In this document: piece by piece, positions 41,760 to 53,690 of the stretch
How positions within the stretch are numbered: the first letter of the stretch is position 1
How the letters are laid out: every line of letters begins with the position of its first letter
Assembly: GCA_951406725.2 (NCBI GenBank)
Contig: OX597827.1
Location: 81,530,001-81,594,000 of the forward strand
DNA length: 64,000 nt
From: Octopus vulgaris
Lineage: Eukaryota
Direction: 5' to 3'
The notes under the pieces: generated by a model
Told to the model about the DNA's origin: nothing
What the model saw: the letters and a program-made list of their open reading frames with translations, nothing else
Database searches by the model: none
Made by a program: the position numbers and the translations under genes

Positions 41760-42165
41760 TCTCTTTTTCCTCTTTTTACTTGTTTCAGTCATTTGACTGT
41801 GGCCATGCTGGAGCACCACCTTTAGTCGAGCAACTCAACCCCGGGACTTATTCTTTGTAAGTCCAGTACTTATTCTATCAGTCTCTTTTGCTGAACTGCT
41901 AAGTTACGGGGACGTAAACACACCAGCATCGGTTGTCAAGCGATGTTGGGGGGACAAACACAGACACACAAACACACACGCTCACATATATATATATACA
42001 TATATACGACGGGCTTCTTTCAGTTTCCGTCTACCAAATCCACTCACGAGGCTTTGGTCGGCCCGAGGCTATAGTAGAAGACACTTGCCCAAGGTGTCAC
42101 GCAGTGGGACTGAACCCGGAACCATGTGGTTAATAAGCAAGCTACTTACCACACAGCCACTCCTG
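41760..42165 (-). mobile_element. SINE family A, young full-length copy
   Basis: Highly similar to the copy at 54095-54490. Confidence 0.85.
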
Positions 42166-43574
42166 CGGGAGTTTGTGGGGATGGGCAAACCATTATACAT
42201 CCGTGTATGATTCATATTCAGTTGATAAACAGAGGCATGTATATACATACATATGTACATACATACACGTGTGTGTATGTATATGTGTATTTATGTATAT
42301 ATGTGAGTGTATTTATAGCTATAAGAAAGATTAACCTGAATGGGGTTGGGGGAGGGTCGGGAATCGACCATGTGTTTCTGAAGTACATTTGTAGAACAGT
42401 CATGCCATGCCAACCACTCCTTAAAATATTCCTTATTCTATAGAATGGAATGGAATGGCATTTCTGATGGGGCGAGGCATGGCTGTCACCACATCCTGCT
42501 TGCCTTTCAAAAATGGCATCTCACTATGCCTAAGTGATTATATAAAATATCTTGAGCAAGGCATGAATGACACTACATCAAGCCCCCAACAATAAACCCT
42601 TTCTCTGGCTATATATAACGCAAAAAATATCTAGAGCAAAGCATGATTGTCACAACATCCTTCTAACAATATATTGACTATAAAATAAGCGGGGCTTTAG
42701 TTTTTTTCCAACAGTGTTGCCATTATTGAACCAGTCACGTGTATTCTTTCAACAGACCCCTTCCGCCTCCTCCTCCTCCTCCTCCTCCTGCCTGTACCTC
42801 CCACCCCAACCCCCTTCACACTTCTTTTTGTCTGTCTGTGTGTCCCTCCTCCTTGTCTCTCCCCACCCCCACCCTTCCATCCCACCACTCAGGTGAAGAA
42901 ACTAAACTGACAGAGATACAAGACAGTTTGAAGAAATCGATAATTTAAGCAATTAATTCATAACGAAGGTGGTGGCGGCGGCGGCGGTTGTGGTGGTGGT
43001 GGTGAAGGGTGATGCTTGTTGATGATGGTGATGGTGGTGAAAGTGTTGGTGGTAGTGTGGTGATAGTGGTGATGGCAGAGAGCAACAGTGGTGGTAGTGG
43101 TGGTAATATTGAGTATTATGTGGTGGAGTCTGGTCAAAGTGGTGTGGGGTTTGGTGGTGGTGGTGGTGGCACTGGTGGTGTTAAGTTGGTTTAAGTGATG
43201 ATTGTAGTGGAGGTGGTGGTGGTGCTGTCGATGGTACTAATGGAGGTATTGGTAGGGACAAAAGTGATGAGGCAGCAAAAAAACCAAAGCTCAGACAGTA
43301 TTACTCATAGTAGTATTAAAAGTAGTAGTAATAGTAGTGTATTTGTAATAGTACTACTACTACTAAATGACCAGCCATATGTAACAGTTAACTATATACA
43401 TCTAAACAGTCTAACCTCCCCGCCCCCTACTTTTCTGCCCCGCCTCCACGCCACCTCCTCCTCCCCCTCCTCTTCTCCACCCTCCATCTTACTGTCTACT
43501 TTTCTGCTTATCTTACAGATTATATACCTCTAAATACAGGAGGATGACCAAAAATATATCTGATTATTGGCACC

Positions 43575-43722
43575 TACATTATATACACACACATACATAC
43601 ATATATACACATACATACATGCCTGCAAACTTGCATACACACACACACCTACATACTTGCGAACATATAAAGATATATACATTCATACTTACATACATAC
43701 TGGCATACACATGTGCACACAA

Positions 43723-43785
<63 letters not shown>

Positions 43786-44148
43786 TATACACATACATAC
43801 ACACACATACATGCACACACACAGATATATATACATACATATATATATATACATACACACATATATATATACATATATACACATACATATACATACACAT
43901 ACATATATATATATACATATACATATATATATACACACATACATATATACATACATATATTATATATACATACACATATATACACACATACATGCATGTA
44001 TACACACACACACACATATATATATATAATATATATGTATACACATACCTACATGTATACACATACATATATATATACACACATACATATATACACATAC
44101 CTACATATATATATATACACATACATACACATAACTACATATATATAC

Positions 44149-44201
<53 letters not shown>

Positions 44202-44254
44202 CATATATATACACACATACATACATATACACATACATACATATATATATATAT

Positions 44255-44302
<48 letters not shown>

Positions 44303-44389
44303 CTACATATATATATATACACACACATACATACATACAAAAATATATACATACATTCATACATATCTATCTACATAACATATATATAT

Positions 44390-44426
<37 letters not shown>

Positions 44427-44445
44427 CATAATATACATACATGCA
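43575..44445. repeat. Compound (TA)n/(CA)n microsatellite
   Basis: Directly visible; generates spurious 200-300 aa ORFs. Confidence 0.9.
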
Positions 44446-44454
44446 TTTGCCTGC

Positions 44455-44700
44455 ATGGAGGCTGTGTGGTAAGAAACTTGCTTTCCCACGACAATGGCTC
44501 CAGGTTCAAGCCCACTGTGTAGCACCTGGGGCAAGTGTCTTCTACTATAAACTCAGGCCAACCAAAGCCTTGTGAGAGGATTTAGTAGACAGAAACTAGA
44601 ATAAGCTTGTTGTGTGTCTGTGTGTGTGTGTCCTTGTGTTTGTCCTGCACTTGACAGATACTATTGGTGTGTTTGTGACCCGTAACTTAGCAGTATGTAA
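44455..44700 (+). mobile_element. SINE family A, 3'-truncated
   Basis: Runs from ggctgtgtggtaagaaacttgc to cccgtaacttagcag. Confidence 0.7.
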
Positions 44701-45210
44701 GTAGTAAATGATATAAGTTGTCAACAATGCAGACGATATAATTTGAATTTGTTGCCCATCATTTCTGTGAATTTATATTTCAGTCTTGTGGCCCTTAGAC
44801 ATGATGAAAGAACAGGTAAAGGTTTCATGGAAGGATGCTGAAGTGAAGTTGATGAAGAAGAAGAAGACAATTGTCTGATAAATCATTGACCAACATAAAA
44901 GTGATAGACCAAGTCTTAGGACAGACAGTCTTGTTGAAAATAAAACATTTTCTCTATTTATAGATTAATTAACAGCAGCCACCCATCAATGCTCAATGGA
45001 TTCTTCCATGGTAATTCTATCTGAAATACAAAGCTCATTTTAACTTTATCTGTGATCTTAATGGATGTTTCTCTCTTCTCTGAGTGTCATGACAGAGTTC
45101 TGGAGTACTGGCCGGATATTTTCGTACTTTTTCCATAGCACCAACACTAAAGAGGTTACCAAGAACTCAGACTAAAAAGACTCTTCACTCTTTACCATTC
45201 CTCATATTTC

Positions 45211-46089
45211 AGCAGTGAATAGACTGTTGTCTAAATTATGCAAAAATGAAAATAACACTGGCATCTCATTTTAACAGATATATTTACCAAAATTACATTA
45301 AAATATTTTGAAATACTAAAGAATAAATTTATTCAATAAAATCGCCATTGGCTTCAACCACGACCTCCAGACGACTTTAGAATCTTTTGCAACTCTTCTG
45401 GATTGTCTCCTTGTTTAAGTTGGTCAAGGCTGCCATAATCCTTGCCTTCAGTTCTTCTTTGGTGTTACAAGGAGTTTTGTTGGTCTCTCACTCAACTGTG
45501 CCCCACTCATAATAATCAAGGAGGTTGCAGTGTAGGGATTTAGGTTACCAGATTTTAGGGGGTGATGTGATCGCAGAAATTGTCTGACAGCCATGACTGG
45601 GTTCTTCCGCTTGTGTGGCATGGTGCAGAGTCTTGCTGCCATATGTAGGGTCTTCCAGCAGCCACCCTCTTGACCCAGGGCAGCACTACCTCCTCCAGAC
45701 ACTTCATGTAGACTGCCATGTTCAGTCTGAGGCCATGTGGGAAGATAAATGGAGGCATAACGTCGCTATCACTAGTGATCACTCCAAACACCATGATGTT
45801 GACTGGATGTTTGTTTTTTATCACACTTTTTCCTCAGATTGCATTGTCCTCAGACTGACACCCAAATACTCTGAAATGTTCGTGTTGGAGCTTCCAGTGG
45901 AAATTCCAAGCAGTACAGCATATTGTTTCCAAATTTCTGGCAAAGTAAATAATAACATGGTGCTGATTTTCTCACAGATGGTGCCGAACTGACCCTACTA
46001 TACTGTGTAGTCGACAAAATTAAAAACAAACAATGCACATGCACAAAATTAAAAATATAAAATGGTGACAATTCATCCATCACACACTG
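45211..46089 (-). mobile_element. Internally deleted DD37D/maT element
   Basis: ORF 45555-45824 reads KHPVNIMVFGVITSD...WQQDSAPCHTSGRTQSWL. Left TIR on the - strand is TA|cagtgtgtgatggatgaattgtc. Confidence 0.88.
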
Positions 46090-46339
46090 TATGTATATAT
46101 ATATATATATACACACACAAGCATATATATATATATATATGCCTGTATATATGTATCTTTAATTCATCAAATGTCAACTGTTTATGCAGAGCCCTACTCT
46201 AGGCTGCGCTGTCATGATCGGTCCTGTGAAGTATGCAAACATTGGCAAGAAAACCCCAAAACTCTAGAGACCCTTACAACATCTATACCAGGTCAGAACC
46301 AGCCTCTTTACAATTGCAGCCTTCTTTAGGTGTGAAACA

Positions 46340-46565
46340 AACCAATGATTAGTCAGTTAAAAACCTTCCACCAATGGCACCAGAGTCCATTAGTTGTATA
46401 AAATAGATCAATAACCCCACAATATAACCCCACTGACATTTCCTGCTGACAGTATTGAACCTTTGACCTCATGATCTCAATTAATCCTTCTGTTTGTTAT
46501 ATATTTGTTGTGCAAAGTCCCTCTCTCCACTCCAATTCAACCATTGACCTCTAACCTTTGACACC
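46340..46565 (+). promoter_or_regulatory. Candidate proximal promoter/enhancer upstream of the Pcdh exon
   Basis: CCAAT at 46342 and 46371, TATAAAA at 46397-46403, and nuclear-receptor DR1-like sites gaacctttgacct (46457) and tgacctctaacctttgacac (46545). Support is motif-only. Confidence 0.3.
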
Positions 46566-46620
46566 ATATATGTAATCCCACTTGATTTACAATTATACTT
46601 TCTAACAGACATCTTAAAAT

Positions 46621-46637
46621 TTTTTTGTTACTTCCAG
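46621..46637 (+). other. Predicted 3' splice acceptor of the large Pcdh exon
   Basis: ttttttgttacttccAG|att. An in-frame TGA ends at 46670, so any upstream exons would be non-coding. Confidence 0.6.
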
Positions 46638-46724
46638 ATTTGGTTGATTCATCCATCAGACCATTGCTGATGCAGAAGATGCTTCTGTTGTTGATGGTGA
46701 CAGTGATGACAATGACTAGTTTTG

Positions 46725-49199
46725 ATGAAGATAAAGATGACAGAAACACCCACATTCCGCATCTTACTGCAACTGGTCACAGTCTTAATTTATCTCAACG
46801 GTTCCCTGTGTGTAGACATCAGCTACCACGTGGAGGAGGAACAGAGAGAAGGAACCTATGTCGGTGATATTGCTGCAGATTTCCTATTAATGAGTGACTC
46901 TTCATTAAAACATTCCAGTTTGATATCGTTTAATCAATTACAAAAAGGTGCTGGTGGCGAAATGGAACTGTTTAATGTAACAAAACAAGGCAAGCTGTAC
47001 ACTGCACACAGGCTGGATGCTGAGGAATTGTGCACGGTGAAGAAGGAGTGCAGCAGAATTATCAAAGTGGCAGCGCAGTTGTCTGAGAGATCCAGCACCC
47101 AGTACATGAACATTTTAAAAGTCAAGATTATTATTGATGACGTTAATGACCATCAACCAATGTTTCCTACAAGAGAACTTGATCTTCATTTCACAGAGAG
47201 AGATGGTAAAGGAGTGATGCTAGCTGTGCCAAATGCCATTGATAGAGATGTTGGAGTTGTGAATTCAAAGATATCATATCAGTTAAGAAATAATCCAGAC
47301 TTACCATTTACATTGTCTGCAAGGAAAACCATTACTGGTAGTTCTGAACTGGGAATCATTTTGGCAAGGAAATTAGACAGAGAGGTAAAAGATTCTTATA
47401 ATCTGCAAGTTATTGCCAAAGACGGAGGCTATCCATCGAAACAAGGTGTTTTAGATGTGCACATATCTGTCATAGACTTAAATGATAATTCACCAGTATT
47501 TAATAAAGATATTTATAACATCTCAGTAAGGAACACGCATCAAAGAAACAGGCCAATTGCAATGGTGTCTGCGAAAGATTTAGATTCGGGAGAAAATGGT
47601 CATGTTAGTTATTTCTTCAGTTCGGAAACACCAGAGAAAGTGAAAACTTATTTCAGACTCAATCACATGACAGGAGAGATTTTTCTACAAGAAGCTTTCA
47701 GAAGAGCTAAAAAACAAAATTATGAACTATTTATCATGGCTAAAGATGGTGGGAATCCTCCAAGAAGTTCTACAGCCATTGTTTTAGTGAATGTAATTAA
47801 TGAAAGAAACAATCCTCCTGAAATTGATATCAACTTTGTTACTCAGATAAAAGAGAACACGGCAGCCATTTCTGAAGGAACCAAAGTTGGTAGTTTTATA
47901 GCTTATGTCAGTATTATTGATAACGATACTGGACAGAATGGTGAGGTGGAATGTAAGCTAGAGCATGATAAATTCTTACTTTTAGATTTAGGATCAAATG
48001 AATTCAAAATAACTTTAAAGAAACCGGTGGACAGAGAGACACGAGATCATTATGACATTAGTATTTCTTGTGAAGACAAAGGAACTCCTTCTTTGAAGAC
48101 AGAGAGGAAAATCTTCATCCAAGTAACAGACATCAACGATGGTAAACCACAATTTACCAAAGATACATTTAAATTCCTCACCTATGAGAATGGTATACCA
48201 AACTTTCCGATTGGTTTCATCAATGCCACTGATCAAGATTTAGAAGCTGGAGGTCAGTTGTCTTATAGATTAATTAGCAATAATATAAACGGTATACCGT
48301 TTCATGTTACGGATTATGGTTTCATTTCAACGTCCATAGTTTTGGACAGGGAACAACAGGATGTCTATAAGTTCAAGGTTTTTGTCAAAGACAAGGGAAC
48401 GCCATCACTGAACAACACTGCCAATGTGGTTGTAGAGGTTTTAGATGAGAACGATAATGCCCCTTATTTTACATTTCCTAGTGTTGACCCTTTCACTCTT
48501 GATGTCCACTATCATCCCCAAAGTACCAGTGAAATCACTGTGATTAGAGCGTCTGATAGAGACAGTCATTTAAATGCCTTCCTCAAATACGGAATACTTA
48601 ACGGTAACAATAAACAGCTGTTTACACTGAACTCTTTCACTGGTCAATTGTCTTTCTCACGTCCACCTCATCTCAACGATGCTGGCTCATACCAATTGGT
48701 GCTTGTGGTCAAGGATTCTGGTAGTCCAGTGTTGTCAGCCACAACTACTGTGTCTTTGAGTGTGACAGTCAGTAACAGGACATCGTCCATAATGACAGCT
48801 ACTCAGTTACAGCCCGATGCAGCAATAGACTTAACGTTATTAATTATCATTGTAGTAGCAGCTGTAATAGTATCTGTGGTGATTGTAGTGTCCATCACAT
48901 TGTGTATTGTGAAATGTAACTGTGGTCAGTCTAGATCAAGGACCAGTAGGGCTGTTGACCAAACAGTTGTGTGTAACAGAAGAGACCAAACATTAACTTG
49001 TCAGAACACCAGCACCACACCTGGTAATCCAGTCAGGTATTCTTCGGAGATGAATAAAAGAAATACTCAGTTTGTGGAATGTAAGAGAGACTTTTACCCA
49101 CAGTATGAATCTCAAAGTGAATGGGCTGCTACTGTGTCTATAGAGAAGAGACCACCATCAACTGTTCAGGTAAGTGAAACAGGCACAGTGCTGCTTTGA
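46725..49199 (+). CDS. Protocadherin (coleoid-expansion type): signal peptide, 6 EC repeats, TM helix, cytoplasmic tail. Start at ATG 46725 or 46737; probably spliced at 49169, otherwise stop at 49199
   Basis: Uninterrupted 825-codon ORF. Hydrophobic leader, EC1 C-X5-C (LCTVKKEC), DxNDxxP motifs (DVNDHQP, DLNDNSP, DINDGKP, DENDNAP), LDRE/VDRE and AxDxD/DxGxP motifs, and TM LTLLIIIVVAAVIVSVVIVVSITLCIV (~48831-48911). Confidence 0.95.
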   Translation: MKIKMTETPTFRILLQLVTVLIYLNGSLCVDISYHVEEEQREGTYVGDIAADFLLMSDSSLKHSSLISFNQLQKGAGGEMELFNVTKQGKLYTAHRLDAEELCTVKKECSRIIKVAAQLSERSSTQYMNILKVKIIIDDVNDHQPMFPTRELDLHFTERDGKGVMLAVPNAIDRDVGVVNSKISYQLRNNPDLPFTLSARKTITGSSELGIILARKLDREVKDSYNLQVIAKDGGYPSKQGVLDVHISVIDLNDNSPVFNKDIYNISVRNTHQRNRPIAMVSAKDLDSGENGHVSYFFSSETPEKVKTYFRLNHMTGEIFLQEAFRRAKKQNYELFIMAKDGGNPPRSSTAIVLVNVINERNNPPEIDINFVTQIKENTAAISEGTKVGSFIAYVSIIDNDTGQNGEVECKLEHDKFLLLDLGSNEFKITLKKPVDRETRDHYDISISCEDKGTPSLKTERKIFIQVTDINDGKPQFTKDTFKFLTYENGIPNFPIGFINATDQDLEAGGQLSYRLISNNINGIPFHVTDYGFISTSIVLDREQQDVYKFKVFVKDKGTPSLNNTANVVVEVLDENDNAPYFTFPSVDPFTLDVHYHPQSTSEITVIRASDRDSHLNAFLKYGILNGNNKQLFTLNSFTGQLSFSRPPHLNDAGSYQLVLVVKDSGSPVLSATTTVSLSVTVSNRTSSIMTATQLQPDAAIDLTLLIIIVVAAVIVSVVIVVSITLCIVKCNCGQSRSRTSRAVDQTVVCNRRDQTLTCQNTSTTPGNPVRYSSEMNKRNTQFVECKRDFYPQYESQSEWAATVSIEKRPPSTVQVSETGTVLL
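49167..49175 (+). other. Consensus 5' splice donor (phase 0) near the end of the Pcdh ORF
   Basis: CAG|GTAAGT is a perfect consensus, located after the Gln codon of ...STVQ. Confidence 0.75.
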
Positions 49200-50134
49200 A
49201 ACTTTTATTTCTAAATTTTCTAACAGAATTTTACTTTCAACATCACAATAACTGAAGGTGAGGAGCTGGCAGAATCATTAGCATACCTGGGCAAATGGTT
49301 GGCAGCATTTCGTCTGTCTTCATGCTTGGATTTAAACCAATATCGCAGCAAATCAGAAAAGTCCATCACTGTTGTTGTTGCTGTTGATCAGTTGTGGTTC
49401 TGAAAATATTCCACATAGTCTAGTAGATTACCATCTTCATTATTCTGGTTACACTTGATGCCAGTCAATTTGGCTGGGGCAAAGTTGAAAACCATGACAA
49501 TCCCATCTGATATTTCTTGCGATTAAATGTTCCATTTGTTTGTACATGGGTTCTATAAGCTTGATACTATTGGAGTCTTAGAGGTTCAGCACTAAACACC
49601 AAAGATCCATTTATTGTTAATACAATAGCTCTCCACCTCTAACAAAGAATCTTGCAATTCTTCAAACATATTTTAGTCAAAGAGAAGGAAAATTCTGGCT
49701 AAAACACCACTTCTCATCACACAGAATAACCAAGAAGTTAAGGGAGGCTGCTGCTGCTGTCCCTGGTTTTGCTGTGTGGAGTTGCTAGGGATTCAGCTGA
49801 AACAACAGGATTTTTAACTGGGTCCCATAAAGATGACCCCCTGTCATTGATACCTTATCCTTAATGCATCTTTCTAGCCATGACTCCTTCATTTACAAAC
49901 ATTTCTCACAGTTCTGTGAGTTAGCCTCTTCTTAAAGACTCTCTGTAATGTTTTCACTGTGGAATATCTTCTAACAACCTTCATTTGGCAAACTCCCTAA
50001 ATTTAGAAAAGTGCTTAAATAGCAAAGGGCTAAAAATAATGATGACAAAGGATAATCTTCTAGATATCAGCTGTTTTCTCCTCACAACAGACTCATTTAT
50101 CAAACACTTTACCACTCAGTATTTATCAGTTCAA

Positions 50135-50350
50135 AGGCGGCAAGCTGGCAGAAACGTTAGCATGCCGGGTAAAATGCTTAGCGGTATTTCGTCTGTCTTT
50201 ATGTTCTAAGTTCAAATTCCACCAAGGTCAACTTTGCCTTTCATCCTTTTGAGGTCGATAAATTAAGTACCAGTTGTGTACTGGGATCGATCTAATCAAC
50301 TGACCCCCTCCTCCAAAATTTCGGCCTTGTGCCTAGAGCAGGAAAAAATA
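50135..50350 (+). mobile_element. SINE family B
   Basis: Runs from ggcggcaagctggcagaaacgttagc through gcctttcatcctttt to ggccttgtgcc. Confidence 0.8.
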
Positions 50351-51139
50351 TTTATCAGTTCAACCACAATTACTCTCAGGAGTTGGTGGCGGTTGAAGTT
50401 TTATCCACCATTTAAATAAATTGGTTTTATGGCATTGCTTCATAGTTCTTCCTGATATACAAACAGTACAGTGATGCCTCCAATCTCAACACCTCCTCAC
50501 TGCCGCACATTCCATAGCAAAGAATTCATTAACCATGGCTTTAGGACTGGTCAAATACTGAAGTTTGACCACAACATGTGCCTCAGTGCGATATATCAGT
50601 GTTACTAGGAGGGGGGAGGGAGTTACCCATGTCGTGTTGTTAGTCATTAATTGTTTTGTTAATTGTGTTTGTGACTTTGGATTACAACTTTGTGGTGTTA
50701 GTAATTAGTTCATTGTGTTAGTAATTAGTTAGGCTTACAACTGCCTGTTGTTGTTGTTGTTACTAATGAGTCAGTTAATTAGATCCATCATTTAGAATTA
50801 TCAGCTTGAGAATAACTGAATGTGATTACATAACTACAATAATAGCAACAACAACAACGACAACACATTCCGTGGGTGGGCACACTTCACCTGCCTCTGC
50901 TGGGGCCAGCACCAAATTATTTAGCCATACAAAAATAAAGGGACCAGTGGTAGTAGTGTTACATGTTGGGTGTATCACAAACAAACCCCTACATCATTAT
51001 TTATTATGTGGCGAAACATGTACAAAGTCTTCCTTACAAGTGTACACACATCATATTTTTGAAACTCCAGATTCATGGCTGGGCCTAATTCCTAAATATG
51101 ACATGTATGTGTATGTGTGTGTATATACATATATATATA

Positions 51140-51460
51140 TTTCTTTTAGTTGTTTGAGTCATATGAAAGTGGCCATGCAGGAGCACTGCCTTTAGTCAAA
51201 CAAATTGACCCCGGGACATTCTTTGTAAACCTAGTACTTATTCTTTGAAACTGCTACGTTATGTGGATGTAAACATACCAGCTTCGGCTGTCAAGTGATG
51301 GTAGGGGGACAAACACACACACACACACACATATATATATGATGGGGCTTCTTTCAGTTTCTGTCTCACAAATCTACTCACAAGGCTTCGGTTGACCCAA
51401 GACTATAGTAGAAGACACTTGCTCAAAGTGCCACACTTCTTACCACATTTACATGCTACG
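51140..51460 (-). mobile_element. SINE family A
   Basis: Reverse copy with tail at ~51145 and head near 51450. Confidence 0.7.
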
Positions 51461-51491
51461 CCTATATATATATATATATAAATATATATAT

Positions 51492-53690
51492 TTCTTTTCT
51501 GTAGTTTCAACTCAGAGTTGTGGCCATGCTGATGCACCACCGTTTTGCTACACTGTTATTACTGAGAGCCTCCTCCAATATGTGGCACTTGGTGAAGAAT
51601 GGTGTTTAATATAGCTACCCTCATTTGCACCTCTTGCCGTGATGTAGGTTCATCTGGGACTCTCGACAGGAAGAGGTCCAGCTTTGATTTAAAAACGCCT
51701 ACATCTACATTGTGCAGGTTCCTCAGGCTCTTTGGGAGAATATTAAAAAGCTGTGGGCCCTTGAAACCAAGACTGTTACAGTAACTGGTCCTGAAGTGCG
51801 ATGGTGTTGCTGGGATCTCTGGCACAATGCAGCGTTGTCCCATTCTGGCATTGGTGTAGCTTTCAATGCCAAAATTTGGTAGTATTCCTTCCAGATGTAT
51901 ATTACTGCATACCTCTCCTGCCTTCTCTTTAAGGGGTATGGTCTTAGCTGTTTCAGCCTTTCCCAGTAGCTGAGCAGTAGCAAAGAGACGATCTCCTTTG
52001 TGAATCTTCTCTGGATTGCTTCAAGGTCCGCTGTTAATCTCACACTGGTGGGTGACCATAGCTGTGAGCAGTAATCCAGGTGGCTGAGGACCATCATGGT
52101 TTCCTTATCTGTGGTTCTGAATGTTCTTAGGATCCAGCCAGCCAGTCGTCTGCATTTTGACACTATCCTGGTAATGTGCACTTGGAAAGAGGTATCATCA
52201 CTCATGCTGGTAGCGCAGGGCCTGGAATTTTTCAGCATTAAACTGTACATTTCTATCCTCAGCCCATCTGTAAATTGAATCCAACTCCTGCAGCAGATGT
52301 GCAACATCGCTGGGGTTCTGTATTTTCTGCGAGACTTTTGTAGCATCTGCGTAGCTTGCAAGGGTGGCAATCCGAGCATTTGAGGGCATATCTGAGAAGG
52401 CCACTATAAAAAGCAGTGGTCCCAAGACAGTGCCTTGTGGAACACCACTCACTATTTGTGTGTTCATAGAAGTGGCTCCATTAGCCACTACTGCCTGACT
52501 CCTATCTTTCAGAAAGTCATGTAACCACACTGCAAGTTTTCCAGCTATGCCGAGATCACACAGTATGTGGCATATTACACCATGATCCACCTTGTCAAAA
52601 GCTTTTGCAAAATCAAGGTAGATTATGTCCACATTTGATTTGTTGTGGAACTGCCTCAACACCCAGTCATAACGTTGTAAGAGCTGGGTCAGGCAGCTCC
52701 AACCTGGTTGAAAGCCATGCTGGGTATCACTCACCAAGTTATTTTCTTCAAGGAAAGCAATTAGTTTCCCCCTGACTATCCGTTCCATGACTTTGCTGAT
52801 GTGTGAAGTCAGAGAGATAGGCCTATAGTTTTTGGCATCTGCTCTGCTTCTCCCTTTATGTATTGGTCATATTATTCCCTCCTTCAGCTTGCTTGGCAGT
52901 TTGCCATTTGCATGAAAGCTCTGGAAGAGAATTTTGAGGGGTTTTGCCAGGACATGCTTACACGATTTGAGGAGGATGCTGGGAAACCATCAGGACCAGC
53001 AGTTGAGTTTGTGTCCACTTCATCTATGGCTAGTAGTATATCTTCTTCGCTAATGTCAATGTATTCCATTGTAACTGTCTCGCTGGTTATAGGTGAGGTG
53101 GCAAAGAAGTCCACTGGTTCGTTTACTTGTCTGTGTTCCAACGGGGCGGTAAATACACTTTAGAACTGGTCATTCAGTACCTCACTGTTCTTAGTTGGAC
53201 CCTCTGAGAAGGAGCCATCCTTTTGGAAGAGGGGTCCTATCTTGCAGCGTACTGAGGCTGTTTCTTTCGCGTAATGAAAGAAGGTCTTTGGGTTTGACTT
53301 AATGTATTTTATAACCCAGGCTTCTTTGTCTGCTTTCTCCCTCACATAGGATTGTTGCAGCCTTTTTTCAATCTCCATCAGTGTTGTTTTTAGGCAGGAC
53401 GTTTCGCTACTTTTGGGATGCTGGTTGAGTCGATTTGCAACCTTCGTCTGTTGTCTCATGAGGATCTTCCTGTCGCTTGGAATGTTGTTCCTATTTGTTT
53501 TGGCCTTATGCTCTGGGACATATTTTTAGCATATGGCTTGCACAACAGACACGAAACATTCTAGTTCCATGATAATGTCTGGTGTGGAGAAACATTTCAG
53601 CTAGTCCTCTTTGAGGATCTTTTTTGGGATCGATTTTCAGTCTGCTTTGTGGAAGTTCAGATTGGAGAGATTTTGGGTCCTTCCTTTAGG
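51492..53690 (-). pseudogene. 5'-truncated CR1-clade LINE (RT domain, C-terminus and 3' UTR), frameshifted
   Basis: QHGFQPGWSCLTQLL, YLDFAKAFDKVDH, SGVPQGTVLGPLLF, SYADATK, LDYCSQLWSP and GPQLFNILP. Confidence 0.92.

Noticed and set aside
46200-46385. CGCT core (~46207) and CTCF-like ccaccaatggcac (~46368) recalling vertebrate Pcdh promoter elements
   Set aside because: CGCT is too short to be informative, and the CTCF-like word is one base short of consensus spacing.
49380-50100. Possible downstream Pcdh coding exon or old retroelement
   Set aside because: No convincing acceptor with an open frame, and too decayed to assign by eye.
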